DNA of 64,000 bases from assembly GCA_001029675.1 (NCBI GenBank), contig CP011210.1:517663-581662 (forward strand). Direction: 5' to 3'. Below are positions 8,553 through 18,584 of this stretch, in pieces. The translations under genes were made by a program, and so were the position numbers. How positions within the stretch are numbered: the first letter of the stretch is position 1; each line of letters starts with the position of its first letter. The notes beneath the pieces were generated by a model, which worked only from the letters and a program-made list of their open reading frames with translations, made no database searches and was not told the DNA's origin. The stretch is from Candidatus Beckwithbacteria bacterium GW2011_GWC1_49_16. Lineage in GTDB: Bacteria; Patescibacteriota; Microgenomatia; UBA1400; CG1-02-47-37.

Positions 8553-9707
8553 TTACCTGCCTTGGCGTAAAAATGCCGGGATGTCGAATTCGTCTTCGGG
8601 CTCTTCTTTGGCTTCGGAAAGTTCTTTTTCCTCTTCGTCTTTGTCGGGCGGTCTTTTGCCCGGCTCGTCTTCTTCTTCGTCGGCGCCGGTCACCTGGGCC
8701 TGGCTCTGAACTACTTGGGTGCGGGTGGCGATGTCTTTGAGGCGCTGGCGGGACTCGTCAAAGCCGGTGGCAATAACGGTGATTTTAACCTGGTCTACCA
8801 GGGTGTCATCGATTGAGGCACCAAAGATGACGTTGGCGTCGGCTTCGGCGGATTTGGTAATAATTTCTGCCGCCTGGTGGACCTCGCTCATGGTCAAGTC
8901 GGTACCGCCGACGATGTTGAAGAGTAACCCCTTGGCGCCTTCGATCGAAGTTTCGAGTAAGGGTGAAGACACTGCCGAACGGGCGGCGGCCTGGGCCCGG
9001 TTTTCGCCCACACCAGAACCGACTCCCATCAAAGCCGAGCCGGCGTCTTTCATGATGGTCTTAACGTCGGCAAAGTCAACGTTAATTAGTCCCGCAGTAG
9101 TGATCAAATCAGAGATACCCTGGACGCCCTGGGACAAAACGCTGTCGGCCAGCTTGAAGGCCTCGATTAAGGTTAAGTTTTTGTCGATGACGTCCATGAG
9201 CCTTTGGTTGGGGACGACGATGGCGGTGTCGACTTTGGGGGTTAAATTTTCGATGCCTTCGTCGGCGACCACCATCCTGCGGGTGCCTTCAAAAAGAAAC
9301 GGTTTGGTGACTACGGCGACGGTCAAAGCCCCGGCCTCACGGGCCACTTCGGCAATGACCGGACCGGCACCGGTGCCGGTACCGCCACCCATGCCGCAAG
9401 TAATAAAAACCATATCGGAATCAAATAAAAGTTCCTGGATTTTGTCTCTTGATTCCTCGGCAGCTTCGCGGCCGATTTTGGGGTCGGCGCCGGAACCCAA
9501 ACCGCGGGTTAATTTTTCGCCGATTTGGAGCTTGGTGTCGGCTTGGCAGTTTAAAAGAATCTGGGCGTCGGTGTTGACGGCGACAAATTCCACCCCTTTA
9601 ATTTGTCCCGAGGAAATCATCGAATTGACGGCGTTGTTGCCACCGCCGCCGACTCCTAAAACCTTAATTTTGGCAAAAGTATTAATATCAGGTTTGACAA
9701 GAGCCAT
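8553..9707 (-). CDS. ftsZ: cell division GTPase FtsZ
   Basis: '[18 protein letters not shown]' tubulin signature and GTP-binding 'GGTGTGA'. Acidic C-terminal tail ending [10 protein letters not shown]. Confidence 0.97.
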   Translation of the reverse strand: MALVKPDINTFAKIKVLGVGGGGNNAVNSMISSGQIKGVEFVAVNTDAQILLNCQADTKLQIGEKLTRGLGSGADPKIGREAAEESRDKIQELLFDSDMVFITCGMGGGTGTGAGPVIAEVAREAGALTVAVVTKPFLFEGTRRMVVADEGIENLTPKVDTAIVVPNQRLMDVIDKNLTLIEAFKLADSVLSQGVQGISDLITTAGLINVDFADVKTIMKDAGSALMGVGSGVGENRAQAAARSAVSSPLLETSIEGAKGLLFNIVGGTDLTMSEVHQAAEIITKSAEADANVIFGASIDDTLVDQVKITVIATGFDESRQRLKDIATRTQVVQSQAQVTGADEEEDEPGKRPPDKDEEEKELSEAKEEPEDEFDIPAFLRQGR

Positions 9708-9781
9708 AGTTTATATAATTAAAGTAGCGGGGCAGGAGTAACGCGCTTATACAATAGCCTATTTTTGAGGCGAGGGCAAGC

Positions 9782-11053
9782 TTAGGGCAGGAAACCTTTG
9801 ATGACTTCGACGGCTTTGTTGACCGCTCCCTTGACCGGGAGCTTACCGAGAATTTTACCAAAGGCTTTGATCGAAGAATCGGTTTTGACTCCCCGGGAGT
9901 GTTTGACGCCGTATTGAATTAAACCCCAGGAGCTGGCAAAGGCGGGAGTCTTGATTTCGTCGACTAAACCGGATAGGCCTTTGGGGTAACCGACTCTGAC
10001 CGGAAGAGACAAGGTGCGTTTGCAAGAAGTTTCTAGGCCGACACTTAAAGCTCCCCCACCGGTGACCACGGCTCCGGCCGGAGTGGCGCCGCCCAAGTTT
10101 GATTTTTTGAGTTCCTCTCCCACCATGGAAAAGATCTCGTTTAAGCGAGGACGGATGATGCCTTCCACTAAGGTCTTGCGGTTTAATTTACCGATCTCTT
10201 CGGAAACACCCAAGGTCTTGGCGTCTAGGTCGTCCGGCTCTTCGGGGCTGTCTTTTGCAGGTGGTTTGGACAAAGCCAATTTGATTTTTTCGGCGGTGGT
10301 CAGGCTGACCCGTAAACCAATAGCCAAGTCGTTGGTGATGTTTTTGGCACCGACCGGCAAAACCGATGAGTAAGACAGAGCGCCCTCGACAAAAACGGCG
10401 ATAGCGGTAGTGCCGCCGCCGATGTCAACTAAAACCACGCCCAATTCTTTCTCGGTAGGGGTAAGCACCGCTTCGGCGCTGGATAGCCCGGAAAAAACCA
10501 GGCTGTCGACTTCGACGCCAATCTCGGAAACACATTTTGTGATGTTCTTCATGGCGGTGGCCGCTCCGGTGATGATGTGGGCCTCTGCCTCTAGCCTAAC
10601 TCCGCTCATGCCCACCGGGTCTTTGACCCCTTCTTGGGAATCGACTTTAAAGTCTCGGGGAATGACGTGGAGGATTTCGCGGGAACTGGGGAGAGAAACG
10701 GCTCGGGCGGCTTCGATGACCCGGTCGACGTCGTTGGCTGATATCTCGCCCTCGGGCTCGGCGACGGCGACAACGCCTTTGGAGTTTAAGGACTCGATGT
10801 GGCCTCCGGAGATGGTAGCCAAAGCCGAAGAAATTGAGTAGCCGGCCATGCGCTCGGCGGATTCGACGCTGGCGGTGATGGACTCAATGGCTTCTTCGAT
10901 GTCGACCACCTGGCTTTTTCTTAGGCCTTTAGCGGGCTCGTTGGCGACACCGATGATGTTTAATTTATCGGTTTCGCTGTTTAAAGTAGCGATTAAGGTG
11001 GTCACCTTGGTGGTGCCGATGTCGATGGCAGAAATGATTTGGGATTTTGGCAT
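9782..11053 (-). CDS. ftsA: cell division protein FtsA
   Basis: Actin-like ATPase: 'ISAIDIGTTKVTTLIA', 'VVLVDIGGGTTAIAVF', 'VVTGGGALSVGL'. Immediately upstream of ftsZ. Confidence 0.92.
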   Translation of the reverse strand: MPKSQIISAIDIGTTKVTTLIATLNSETDKLNIIGVANEPAKGLRKSQVVDIEEAIESITASVESAERMAGYSISSALATISGGHIESLNSKGVVAVAEPEGEISANDVDRVIEAARAVSLPSSREILHVIPRDFKVDSQEGVKDPVGMSGVRLEAEAHIITGAATAMKNITKCVSEIGVEVDSLVFSGLSSAEAVLTPTEKELGVVLVDIGGGTTAIAVFVEGALSYSSVLPVGAKNITNDLAIGLRVSLTTAEKIKLALSKPPAKDSPEEPDDLDAKTLGVSEEIGKLNRKTLVEGIIRPRLNEIFSMVGEELKKSNLGGATPAGAVVTGGGALSVGLETSCKRTLSLPVRVGYPKGLSGLVDEIKTPAFASSWGLIQYGVKHSRGVKTDSSIKAFGKILGKLPVKGAVNKAVEVIKGFLP

Positions 11054-11062
11054 AGTCAGCTT

Positions 11063-11794
11063 TTAGTAGGTTAGAACCGGCTTATCAAACCTTAAGTCAA
11101 TTTTGAGAGGCAAATCTTCCTCTATTTTAATGCTGGCTAAAATGTATTGTAAAGAGGTAATCTGGTTTGGCAAGTCGCCAGTGACATCGACCACCGCCAA
11201 TGTCTCGGGCAGGGTTTTGATATGTACCTCTTCCGGAGACAGATATTCAATCTCAGAAAAGTTAACGTAGTAGCGGTTTAACAGGTCGATCAAGTTTGCC
11301 AGTTTGAGTGACAGATCGGACTGGCCCAGGTTTAAAGGAAAGGCGGCAGAAACCAAAATTAGAGGTAGTTTGAGGTCGGGGGTGGTAACTTGGGAATAAA
11401 GCACTCCGGTGTTATCAAGAGCCAAGTAGACGGCTTCTTGGTCAGAGGCTTTTTTGGTCATGAAAGCTACCGGGCTGCGGCCGGTGAGAAAAAAACTGAT
11501 GGTGTCGGGGAGCTTTTTGTTGATGGTGATGGTTTCAAAGTTGGCGTTTAAAAGATTAAGTTGGTTTTTGAGAGACGAGTCGGTGACTGCAAAAAGGTTT
11601 TGACCGTGGAGGTTGACCAAAAAAGGCTCCAGACTTAAGGGGCAGGGTAAACCGTTGAGCTGACAGTTGACGTATTTGAGGCGGAAAATCCCCAGGCGGG
11701 AAACTGCCGCCAAACCGGCGACTAGAAAGGCGGCTAAAAATAAGGGCAGGAATTTGCCGAGCCATTTTTGGCCGCGGCGTTTAAGCTTTCTCAC
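11063..11794 (-). CDS. ftsQ: FtsQ/DivIB-like cell division protein
   Basis: N-terminal TM helix followed by an extracytoplasmic domain. Canonical position between murG and ftsA. Assignment is mostly by synteny. Confidence 0.6.
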   Translation of the reverse strand: MRKLKRRGQKWLGKFLPLFLAAFLVAGLAAVSRLGIFRLKYVNCQLNGLPCPLSLEPFLVNLHGQNLFAVTDSSLKNQLNLLNANFETITINKKLPDTISFFLTGRSPVAFMTKKASDQEAVYLALDNTGVLYSQVTTPDLKLPLILVSAAFPLNLGQSDLSLKLANLIDLLNRYYVNFSEIEYLSPEEVHIKTLPETLAVVDVTGDLPNQITSLQYILASIKIEEDLPLKIDLRFDKPVLTY

Positions 11795-12821
11795 AAACTG
11801 ATTTGACTAACTGGTAAAGCCTGTCGGCGCCATCGGTAATGAAAGAAGCTGGTAGCTGGTAGATGGTAGATGGTCGATGGGGTTTGGTTTTGAGCATCAT
11901 GGTGATGGCGTCAAGAAGTTTTTCCCGAGTCAGTCGGTTTTGCTCAATCACCCTGGCTCCAAAATGCTTTTTTAAAAAGAGGGCGTTTTGTTGCTGCTCG
12001 TTTTTTTGAGCTTTGGGGTGGGGAATGAGAACGGCTTTTTTGCCAAACAGCGCCAGTTCGACCACGGTATTGATTCCGGCCCGGGAAACGACCAAGTCGG
12101 CGCGGTTTAAAATTTGACCCACCTCTCCGGTTTCAAACCAACGTTTGAGGCGGTAGTTTTGGACAAGCTTCCGAGGCAGACCGGCTTTGAACCTGACTTG
12201 CTTATTCCAGTCGGACCGGGATTGATTGAGGCCGAATTGGTGAATCACCCGGTAACGGGCCAAAAGACGGGGTAAAAGCGGGGTTAAAACAAGGTTTATA
12301 GTCCTTGATCCTTGGTTGCCGCCGGTAATATAGATAGATGGTTGATGAGAGATCGTCGATGTCAGATGTTTTTTAGCTGCTTTTAATAACTGGCTTCTTA
12401 TCGGGTTACCGGTCAAGACCACTTTGTGCCGGGGAAAATAGTTTTGACTTTGGGGCCAGGAAACGGCGATCTTTAAAGCTAGGGGCGCCAAGAGGCGGTT
12501 GGCTAACCCCGCCTTCATGGTTTGCTCGTGGAGAACTAAGGGAATTTTTAAGCTTACCGCCGCCAAACCCACAGGAACGGCGCTGTAGCCGCCGAAGCTT
12601 AAAACCAAAACAGGACGGTATTTAAGCAAAAGCGCCCGGGCTTTAATCAGGCCAAAAGGGAGTTTAACCAGGCTTAATAGAGAAATCAGCGGCCGGTGGC
12701 GGGAGAAACGGGGCGAGGGGATTTTTTTCCCCAGATAAATCACCCGGTAGCCGGTCAATTTTTCGGCCAGGGCCAAAGCCGGAGTCAGGTGGGTACCGGA
12801 GATAACGATGGTGTCTTTCAT
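11781..12821 (-). CDS. murG: undecaprenyldiphospho-muramoylpentapeptide beta-N-acetylglucosaminyltransferase MurG
   Basis: GT28 signatures: 'VISGTHLTPALALAEKL', 'IYITGGNQGSRTIN', C-terminal 'GINTVVELALFGKKAVLIP'. The track ORF starts at 12992, but the ATG at 12819-12821 (MKDTIVISG) overlaps the ftsW stop as ATGA and gives a normal-length MurG. Confidence 0.85.
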   Translation of the reverse strand: MKDTIVISGTHLTPALALAEKLTGYRVIYLGKKIPSPRFSRHRPLISLLSLVKLPFGLIKARALLLKYRPVLVLSFGGYSAVPVGLAAVSLKIPLVLHEQTMKAGLANRLLAPLALKIAVSWPQSQNYFPRHKVVLTGNPIRSQLLKAAKKHLTSTISHQPSIYITGGNQGSRTINLVLTPLLPRLLARYRVIHQFGLNQSRSDWNKQVRFKAGLPRKLVQNYRLKRWFETGEVGQILNRADLVVSRAGINTVVELALFGKKAVLIPHPKAQKNEQQQNALFLKKHFGARVIEQNRLTREKLLDAITMMLKTKPHRPSTIYQLPASFITDGADRLYQLVKSVCEKA

Positions 12822-13924
12822 TTCTTTTTGGGGCTTAATTGATAACGGGAAACGTTTAGAACCAGTCCCAGCCCGGATAGTGTCGCTATCATGGCCGAAC
12901 CGCCGTAGGAAATCAAAGGCAAAGGCACGCCGGTTAAGGGCACCAAGGCCAGCATGGCGGCGATATTTACCATCACCTGGAGGCCGATCCAACCGGCGAT
13001 ACCGGTGGTAAGTAACCGGGAAAAATCGTCCGAGGCAAAACGGGCTATTTTAAGAATTCTTAGAATCAGGAGGGTAAAAATGACGATCAAGACAGCCGAA
13101 CCGACAAAACCCACCTCTTCGGCGACGATGGCGAAAATCGAGTCGGTGGTGGCTTGGGGTAAAAATTGATATTTTTGCCGGGATTGACCCAGCCCCAAAC
13201 CAAATAAGCCACCGGAGCCGATGGCGATTAACGCCTGGCGGATGTGATAGGAGCTGCCCAAGGGATCAGCACCCGGGTTAAGATAAGTCAAAAGCCGTTC
13301 CCGCCGATAGGCAGAGGAGAAGATCAGGCCCAGGCCGGAGATTGAGCCCAAAACGCCAACGGCAAGAAGATAAAAAATTGGCGCCCCGGAAGCGTAGTAG
13401 ACGATGACGGCGGTGAAGATGACGATCAAGGCCGTGCCCAAATCCGGCTGGAGCATGATTAAAATCAAGACAGCGGCCAAAATGGCCAAAAAACGCCAAA
13501 AAGATCTGGCCAGAGTCAGCCAGGCAGAAAGGTAAATGATCAATGCCAACTTGGCCAGCTCGGTCGGTTGGAGGTTAAACTCGCCAAAAGACAACCAGCG
13601 GCGGGCGCCATGAAACTCACTGCCGACGCCGGGGATTAAAACTAACCCCAAAAGAACCAAAGTCACCAAAATCGTCGGCGTGGCCAGCTTTTTGACCAGA
13701 CGCAAGGGCAAAAAAGCGGCCGCCGCCATGGCCGCCAAACCTGCCCCAATCCAGGTTAACTGAAGTTTTGAAAAGTAGTATTTGTCGTCGAAAATCTGGA
13801 AGGCTTCGACCACCGAGGCGTTGAAAACCATGAGCAAGCCGAAAAAGGTTAAAACCAAAGTCAAACCCAAAAGCATCGGGTCGGGTTTTTTGGCCTTGGG
13901 CGAAACGGTCAGCTTTTTAATCAT
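12818..13924 (-). CDS. ftsW: SEDS-family peptidoglycan glycosyltransferase FtsW
   Basis: SEDS signature 'GSGGLFGLGLGQSRQKYQFLPQATTDSIFAIVAEEVGFVGS'. Lies between murD and murG in the dcw cluster. Confidence 0.88.
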   Translation of the reverse strand: MIKKLTVSPKAKKPDPMLLGLTLVLTFFGLLMVFNASVVEAFQIFDDKYYFSKLQLTWIGAGLAAMAAAAFLPLRLVKKLATPTILVTLVLLGLVLIPGVGSEFHGARRWLSFGEFNLQPTELAKLALIIYLSAWLTLARSFWRFLAILAAVLILIMLQPDLGTALIVIFTAVIVYYASGAPIFYLLAVGVLGSISGLGLIFSSAYRRERLLTYLNPGADPLGSSYHIRQALIAIGSGGLFGLGLGQSRQKYQFLPQATTDSIFAIVAEEVGFVGSAVLIVIFTLLILRILKIARFASDDFSRLLTTGIAGWIGLQVMVNIAAMLALVPLTGVPLPLISYGGSAMIATLSGLGLVLNVSRYQLSPKKK

Positions 13925-15243
13925 AAAGCCTTAACCGCCCGTTTAAACTGGTCACCGCGGTCTTGGTAATCTTTAAACATATTAAAACTGGCTGCTCCCG
14001 GAGACATCAGGCATATTTTACCGACCTGGGTGTATTCATATGCTTTCTTGACTGCTTGAGCCATGGTGTCTACCTCAATCAGCCGGGGTTTATGCTTGGG
14101 CTTGGCATTGAGAATTAATTTTTTAATTGCTTTGCCGGTGTCGGGGAAAAGCATTACTACCGGGATTGAATTTTTGACGACGGCTTCAGCCAACGGTGAT
14201 TGGCCCACTCCCCTATCGTAGCCGCCGACAATGACCGAACCGATTTTCCCGCTCAAAGAGTCTATGGCTTGGGCCGCCGATTGGGGTATGGTCGACAAAG
14301 AATCGTTAATAAAAGTAACCCCTTTGGCTTTGGCGACAAACTCTAAACGATGAGGCAAAGGCTTAAATTTAGAAATCCCCTTAATGATCAGTTCGTTAGG
14401 GAGGCGAAAATACTTGCCAATAATTACCGCCGGCATGATGTTGGCAAGATTAAATCTGCCTAAAAGGGGCGATTTGGCTACCGGAAAAACCGGTTTATTT
14501 TTGTAATAAATAAAACCGTCTTTAACATAACAATCCAATCCCGCTTCATGGTCTAAGCTGAAACTAACTCTTTTTGCCCGGCTTTTGAAAGCAATTCGTT
14601 TAATCCGCCTATCGGAGGCGTTGTATATGAGTATGTCTGATTTTTTCTGAAATTGAGTAATCTTCTTTTTAGCAGCAGCGTATTGCCTGATGTCGGCGTA
14701 ATAGTCCAGGTGTTCTGGAAAAAGATTCAACATCACCGCTACTTCTGGACTTTTGTCAAGGTCGGAGAGCTGATGGCTGGAGATTTCAAATACGGCAAAC
14801 GATTTTGGAGTTAATTTCTCCAAGTAATCAAGCGGAGGCCGACCGATGTTGCCTACCAGCTGGACATTGAATTTTTGTTTTAGGACCGCGGCAATTAAAG
14901 ATGCTGTGGTGCTTTTACCTTTAGTCCCGGTCACGCCGATAATTTTTGCTGGACTCAAATCAAAGAATAATTTTGTTTGGGAAGTGAGTAACGCCTTGGC
15001 CGCAGAGTATTTTTTAATCAATTTAACCGGAATACCGGGGCTACGAATGATGAAGTTGTATTTTTTTATCTCTTTGAGGTAATCGGGGTCATTTTTAACA
15101 TCAAGAATCGCTATCTCGGCTTTAAAATCGATTTGGCGCAGAAGTTTAAGCGTCGATTGGCCTTCTCGACCAAAACCAACCAGGCAGATTTTTTGGCCGG
15201 CGATTATTTTTTTGAGTTTTTTTTGCCACTCATGCATAAGCAA
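13921..15243 (-). CDS. murD: UDP-N-acetylmuramoylalanine--D-glutamate ligase MurD (or L-Glu-adding MurD2 type)
   Basis: Mur-ligase P-loop 'IIGVTGTKGKSTTASLIAAVL', 440 aa, in the dcw position of murD. Confidence 0.85.
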   Translation of the reverse strand: MLMHEWQKKLKKIIAGQKICLVGFGREGQSTLKLLRQIDFKAEIAILDVKNDPDYLKEIKKYNFIIRSPGIPVKLIKKYSAAKALLTSQTKLFFDLSPAKIIGVTGTKGKSTTASLIAAVLKQKFNVQLVGNIGRPPLDYLEKLTPKSFAVFEISSHQLSDLDKSPEVAVMLNLFPEHLDYYADIRQYAAAKKKITQFQKKSDILIYNASDRRIKRIAFKSRAKRVSFSLDHEAGLDCYVKDGFIYYKNKPVFPVAKSPLLGRFNLANIMPAVIIGKYFRLPNELIIKGISKFKPLPHRLEFVAKAKGVTFINDSLSTIPQSAAQAIDSLSGKIGSVIVGGYDRGVGQSPLAEAVVKNSIPVVMLFPDTGKAIKKLILNAKPKHKPRLIEVDTMAQAVKKAYEYTQVGKICLMSPGAASFNMFKDYQDRGDQFKRAVKAL

Positions 15244-16516
15244 GTCGTTTTAATAATTTTTTCTGCGGATCGGTCAAAAATTTATCCTCGCCCCAGGAAG
15301 ATAAGATTTTATGACTTTGCCCTTTACCAACTAAATCCAAACTGGCGATTATTTCTTCTTTAGTGCCGACGCACTCAAACGGCCTAAATTCCCCCTCGCC
15401 TTTCAGTTGCTTAAGTAAAGGTAATAAATCCTGACGCTCAAGCAGGTTTTGCCCAAAAATTTCAACGGTTTTGTCTTTTAAAAACGGATTCAAAAGCACA
15501 TAAACTGACAAACACTTGGGACAGTCTCCGCACCAAACATTTTCTTTTTGACCCCGATTGCAGCTTTTAAAAACAGAGAAATATTGAGGCATTTTGGAAA
15601 AAATTTTAGAAATTTGCATTTCCCAGAGTGGCCTGACGAGGCTGAAGTAATTTAGCGACGCTGAAAGGTACTCTTTGACATAAGCGCGAAACTGCTGTTC
15701 AAATTCCCAAGTTTTTGAATATTGATGGTTGATTGGTTGGCCGAGAAAATTGACGTTGGCTTCCTCGGCGCTTCTCTCGTTAGCGACGATCAGCTGATTA
15801 AAACCAAAAATAGCGCCGACCAACAAACTTAAAAAGCCCAAATTAGCTGAAAAAGGCGTATGGCCATTAAGGTAACCGAAGTCATTAAGTTCTAAAAGTT
15901 TTGGGTCAATTTGCCTTAAAATCGTTATTTTGTCTTTCAGCCCGGCAACTTTCACCACCTCCTTGGCTGCCTGGGTCGGATTAACTAACATTGCCGCCGG
16001 TGACTGACCTAGTTGCTTTAAAACCTCAATCGCCACCACCGAGTCTTTGCCACCCCCAACCATCACTAAACTCCTCTCGGCTGAAAATTTAAGAGTGAAA
16101 GACCTAAATTGTTTATCGCCGGCGCTGACGATCTTGACAAAATCGTTAGCGCGAAAATCAATTTTGTTTTGGAAGAAAAATTCCCCTAATCCTTTTTTTA
16201 ACAAATTAAGCCACCACTTAACCTGATCTGGTGTTAGCTTGCCGGCTTTGATGGTGATTTCCTCTGGACAAGCGGCTTTCCAGTAACTTAACATCTCGAT
16301 TAAACCCAGGTGAAAAACGAGATTGTCTAAAACATTTTTCGGCAGCTTATGGGCGCGACTGCCGGCGCCTTTAATCACAATTTGCGGTCGAAAAACAATG
16401 TCCGGGATAAGCTGAAAATCAAAACTTACTTCTAAATCATCGCCGTCAGCATTCCAGTTAAAGCCGCGATAAACAAACTGCCGGTGTCTCTGGCGCAATT
16501 GGGGCAAAAGGATCAT
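15230..16516 (-). CDS. PP-loop (SGGxDS-like) ATP-pyrophosphatase-family protein with C-terminal Cys cluster, function unknown
   Basis: 'SLVMVGGGKDSVVAIEVL' resembles the PP-loop SGGxDS. C-terminal 'CGDCPKC'. Real start is most likely the ATG at 16514-16516 (MILLPQL...), which overlaps the mraY stop as ATGA; the longer track ORF would overlap mraY by ~290 nt. Confidence 0.6.
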   Translation of the reverse strand: MILLPQLRQRHRQFVYRGFNWNADGDDLEVSFDFQLIPDIVFRPQIVIKGAGSRAHKLPKNVLDNLVFHLGLIEMLSYWKAACPEEITIKAGKLTPDQVKWWLNLLKKGLGEFFFQNKIDFRANDFVKIVSAGDKQFRSFTLKFSAERSLVMVGGGKDSVVAIEVLKQLGQSPAAMLVNPTQAAKEVVKVAGLKDKITILRQIDPKLLELNDFGYLNGHTPFSANLGFLSLLVGAIFGFNQLIVANERSAEEANVNFLGQPINHQYSKTWEFEQQFRAYVKEYLSASLNYFSLVRPLWEMQISKIFSKMPQYFSVFKSCNRGQKENVWCGDCPKCLSVYVLLNPFLKDKTVEIFGQNLLERQDLLPLLKQLKGEGEFRPFECVGTKEEIIASLDLVGKGQSHKILSSWGEDKFLTDPQKKLLKRLAYA

Positions 16517-17544
16517 ATCACCGCTAACCAGACGCCAAAGATGGCCAACATGATGCTGGCTAAATAGGCGCGGTTGACGATTTTTGATTCTTCCCAACCA
16601 ATAAGCTGAAGCCAAAGATGAATTGGGGAAACGGGAAAAACCTTTCTGCCCAGGAATTTCTTGCCAACAAGCTGAACCAGGCTCGATAAGATTTCGGCGA
16701 CAAAAATGCCGCCGATGACGATTAAAGCCATGACTTTGCCTAAAAGCAGGCCGACGACGGCAAAGGTAGCACCAAAAGACAAGGCGCCGACGTCGCCAAG
16801 CCAAATCCGGGCGGGGAAAACGTTAAAGTACAAAAAAGCAATCAGGCTGCCGAGCCATAAAGCCAGGAAAAACGACAAGGGGGTGTCAAGGATCGAAGCC
16901 GACAAATACCAAAAGGCAAACAAAGCTACCATCATCACTCCTGAGGCCAGGCCGTCGAGGCCATCGGTGATGTTGACGGCGTTGGCAAAGGCGACGATGA
17001 CGAAGGCGGCAAAGGGAATGTATAAAAGCCCGAGGTTGAAAACGTTAAAAAAAGGAATGTAGAGGATGTTTATCGTCAGGTTAAAATACAAAAGCGAAGC
17101 GATGGTTAAACCTAAGGCCCATTGGATCAAAAACTTGTGCCTCAAGCGCAAGCCAAAAAAGCCGCTCTTATCAAACTTAAAAAATTTCATAATGTCGTCG
17201 TAGAGCCCCAAAAGCCCAAAGGAAACAAAAGTGAAAAAAATGATGTGGATTTCCTCTTTGATGGGGTAGACGTGGGTGACAAAGACACCCAAAAAACGAG
17301 CCAAAGGAAAAAGCAGGAAAAACAGCAGAGTGACCACCAGGATGACTAAGAATCCCCCGCCGACGGGAGTGCCTTTTTTGTGCCGATGCAGCCGGTCAAA
17401 TATCGGGGTAGGCTTGTCAAAGGCGTCGCGGGTTAACTGCCGTTTGCGGGTAAAACGCAGGCGGTACAACAGGTTGATAAAAGGCACCAGGGCAACCGAG
17501 GTAACGGCGAAAGAAAAGATTAAAAGTCCTAAAAGTAATGCCAT
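16513..17544 (-). CDS. mraY: phospho-N-acetylmuramoyl-pentapeptide transferase MraY
   Basis: Polytopic, with the 'NAVNITDGLDGLASG' catalytic loop. Confidence 0.93.
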   Translation of the reverse strand: MALLLGLLIFSFAVTSVALVPFINLLYRLRFTRKRQLTRDAFDKPTPIFDRLHRHKKGTPVGGGFLVILVVTLLFFLLFPLARFLGVFVTHVYPIKEEIHIIFFTFVSFGLLGLYDDIMKFFKFDKSGFFGLRLRHKFLIQWALGLTIASLLYFNLTINILYIPFFNVFNLGLLYIPFAAFVIVAFANAVNITDGLDGLASGVMMVALFAFWYLSASILDTPLSFFLALWLGSLIAFLYFNVFPARIWLGDVGALSFGATFAVVGLLLGKVMALIVIGGIFVAEILSSLVQLVGKKFLGRKVFPVSPIHLWLQLIGWEESKIVNRAYLASIMLAIFGVWLAVI

Positions 17545-17561
17545 GGGTTGATTATAACCGA

Positions 17562-18584
17562 TTAAAGCTGGCGCTGCTTTCTTCTTAGGTTTTCAAAAAT
17601 GAAAGTGACCCAGTACGTCCATTTTAGGGGTAAGTCGTGGGCGGGCAAATAGTCAACCCTTTCGCCGCCAAAACCTTTTTTAAACAAGGTAACGCCGGCA
17701 AAACGATGCTTAGGGTTGTCGTCCGGGGCAATACCCCAAAGGTTGTAGCGGGTTTTGCCTCTGGCTTTAGCCTTTTTGATCGCCGCCCATTGTAAAAGGT
17801 AAGAAGCGGGCACCTCTCTTAATCGACTTGAGGAACCGGAGTAGTGATAGACGGCTTCGTCCTTGTAAAAAATAAAGAAAGATATGGCTAAAAGCTGGCC
17901 TTGGTAGCTTGCTTTAATTAATTGAATTTGATTATCAGGTTTAAAGGTTTGAAATTGTTTCAAGAGGTATTGTAAGGAAAAAGGAACGAATTTAACCCTC
18001 TTGACCACTTCTGCCTGAAGGTCATAGAGATTTTTGACATCGGCGTCGCTGGCGGACATTTCTATGGCTACACCCATCTTTTGGGCTTTTTTGATCGAGT
18101 AGCGGGTGTTTTTACGCATAGCCCGCAACAGCTCCTCTTCCGATTGGGTCAGATCTAAAACCAGGGTGGTTTCGGCGTGAAGATGCATCGGGGCGCGAAT
18201 AAAGCCCCGTGACTTAAACAGGCGATGATTTTCGGGCGCGTCTTTGAGGTTGGGTCTTACCCTGACAAAGCTGGCCTTTTCTTGAGCGGCGATGTCTTTG
18301 ACGCTTGATAAAAAATGGTCAAAAAACCCCGGCTCACCCCAGGGAATCAGAGGGCCGGCCGGGCACTCAAGATAGGTGCCCCGGCGGGCGGTCTTTTTGA
18401 CCAGTAACGCCACACCTTTTAATTTGCCTTGGCGATAAAAACCCAAGCGAAATACGGCAAAGCCTAAACTTTGATTGAATTTTCCCCAGTTAAAAGAATG
18501 CAAGAAGTTTGATTCTGGGGAATTTAGGACAAAATCTTCCCAGACGTCTTTATTCTCTACAAGTTTGGCGGTTATCTGACTCAT
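17562..18584 (-). CDS. FemAB-family peptidoglycan interpeptide-bridge aminoacyltransferase (FemX-like)
   Basis: 340 aa. N-terminal 'FLHSFNWGKF' and the overall FemAB-like pattern. ATGA-coupled to murF. Confidence 0.6.
   Translation of the reverse strand: MSQITAKLVENKDVWEDFVLNSPESNFLHSFNWGKFNQSLGFAVFRLGFYRQGKLKGVALLVKKTARRGTYLECPAGPLIPWGEPGFFDHFLSSVKDIAAQEKASFVRVRPNLKDAPENHRLFKSRGFIRAPMHLHAETTLVLDLTQSEEELLRAMRKNTRYSIKKAQKMGVAIEMSASDADVKNLYDLQAEVVKRVKFVPFSLQYLLKQFQTFKPDNQIQLIKASYQGQLLAISFFIFYKDEAVYHYSGSSSRLREVPASYLLQWAAIKKAKARGKTRYNLWGIAPDDNPKHRFAGVTLFKKGFGGERVDYLPAHDLPLKWTYWVTFIFENLRRKQRQL

Noticed and set aside
8719-9741. 340-aa + strand ORF antisense to ftsZ; likewise 5896..6561 antisense to ileS, 25043..25702 antisense to glmS, and the 10014..10841 ORFs antisense to ftsA
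   Set aside because: These are shadow ORFs opposite strongly supported, motif-rich genes. Their translations are low-complexity (S/P/T/A-rich) as expected from reverse frames of GC-rich codons, and they have no start context.
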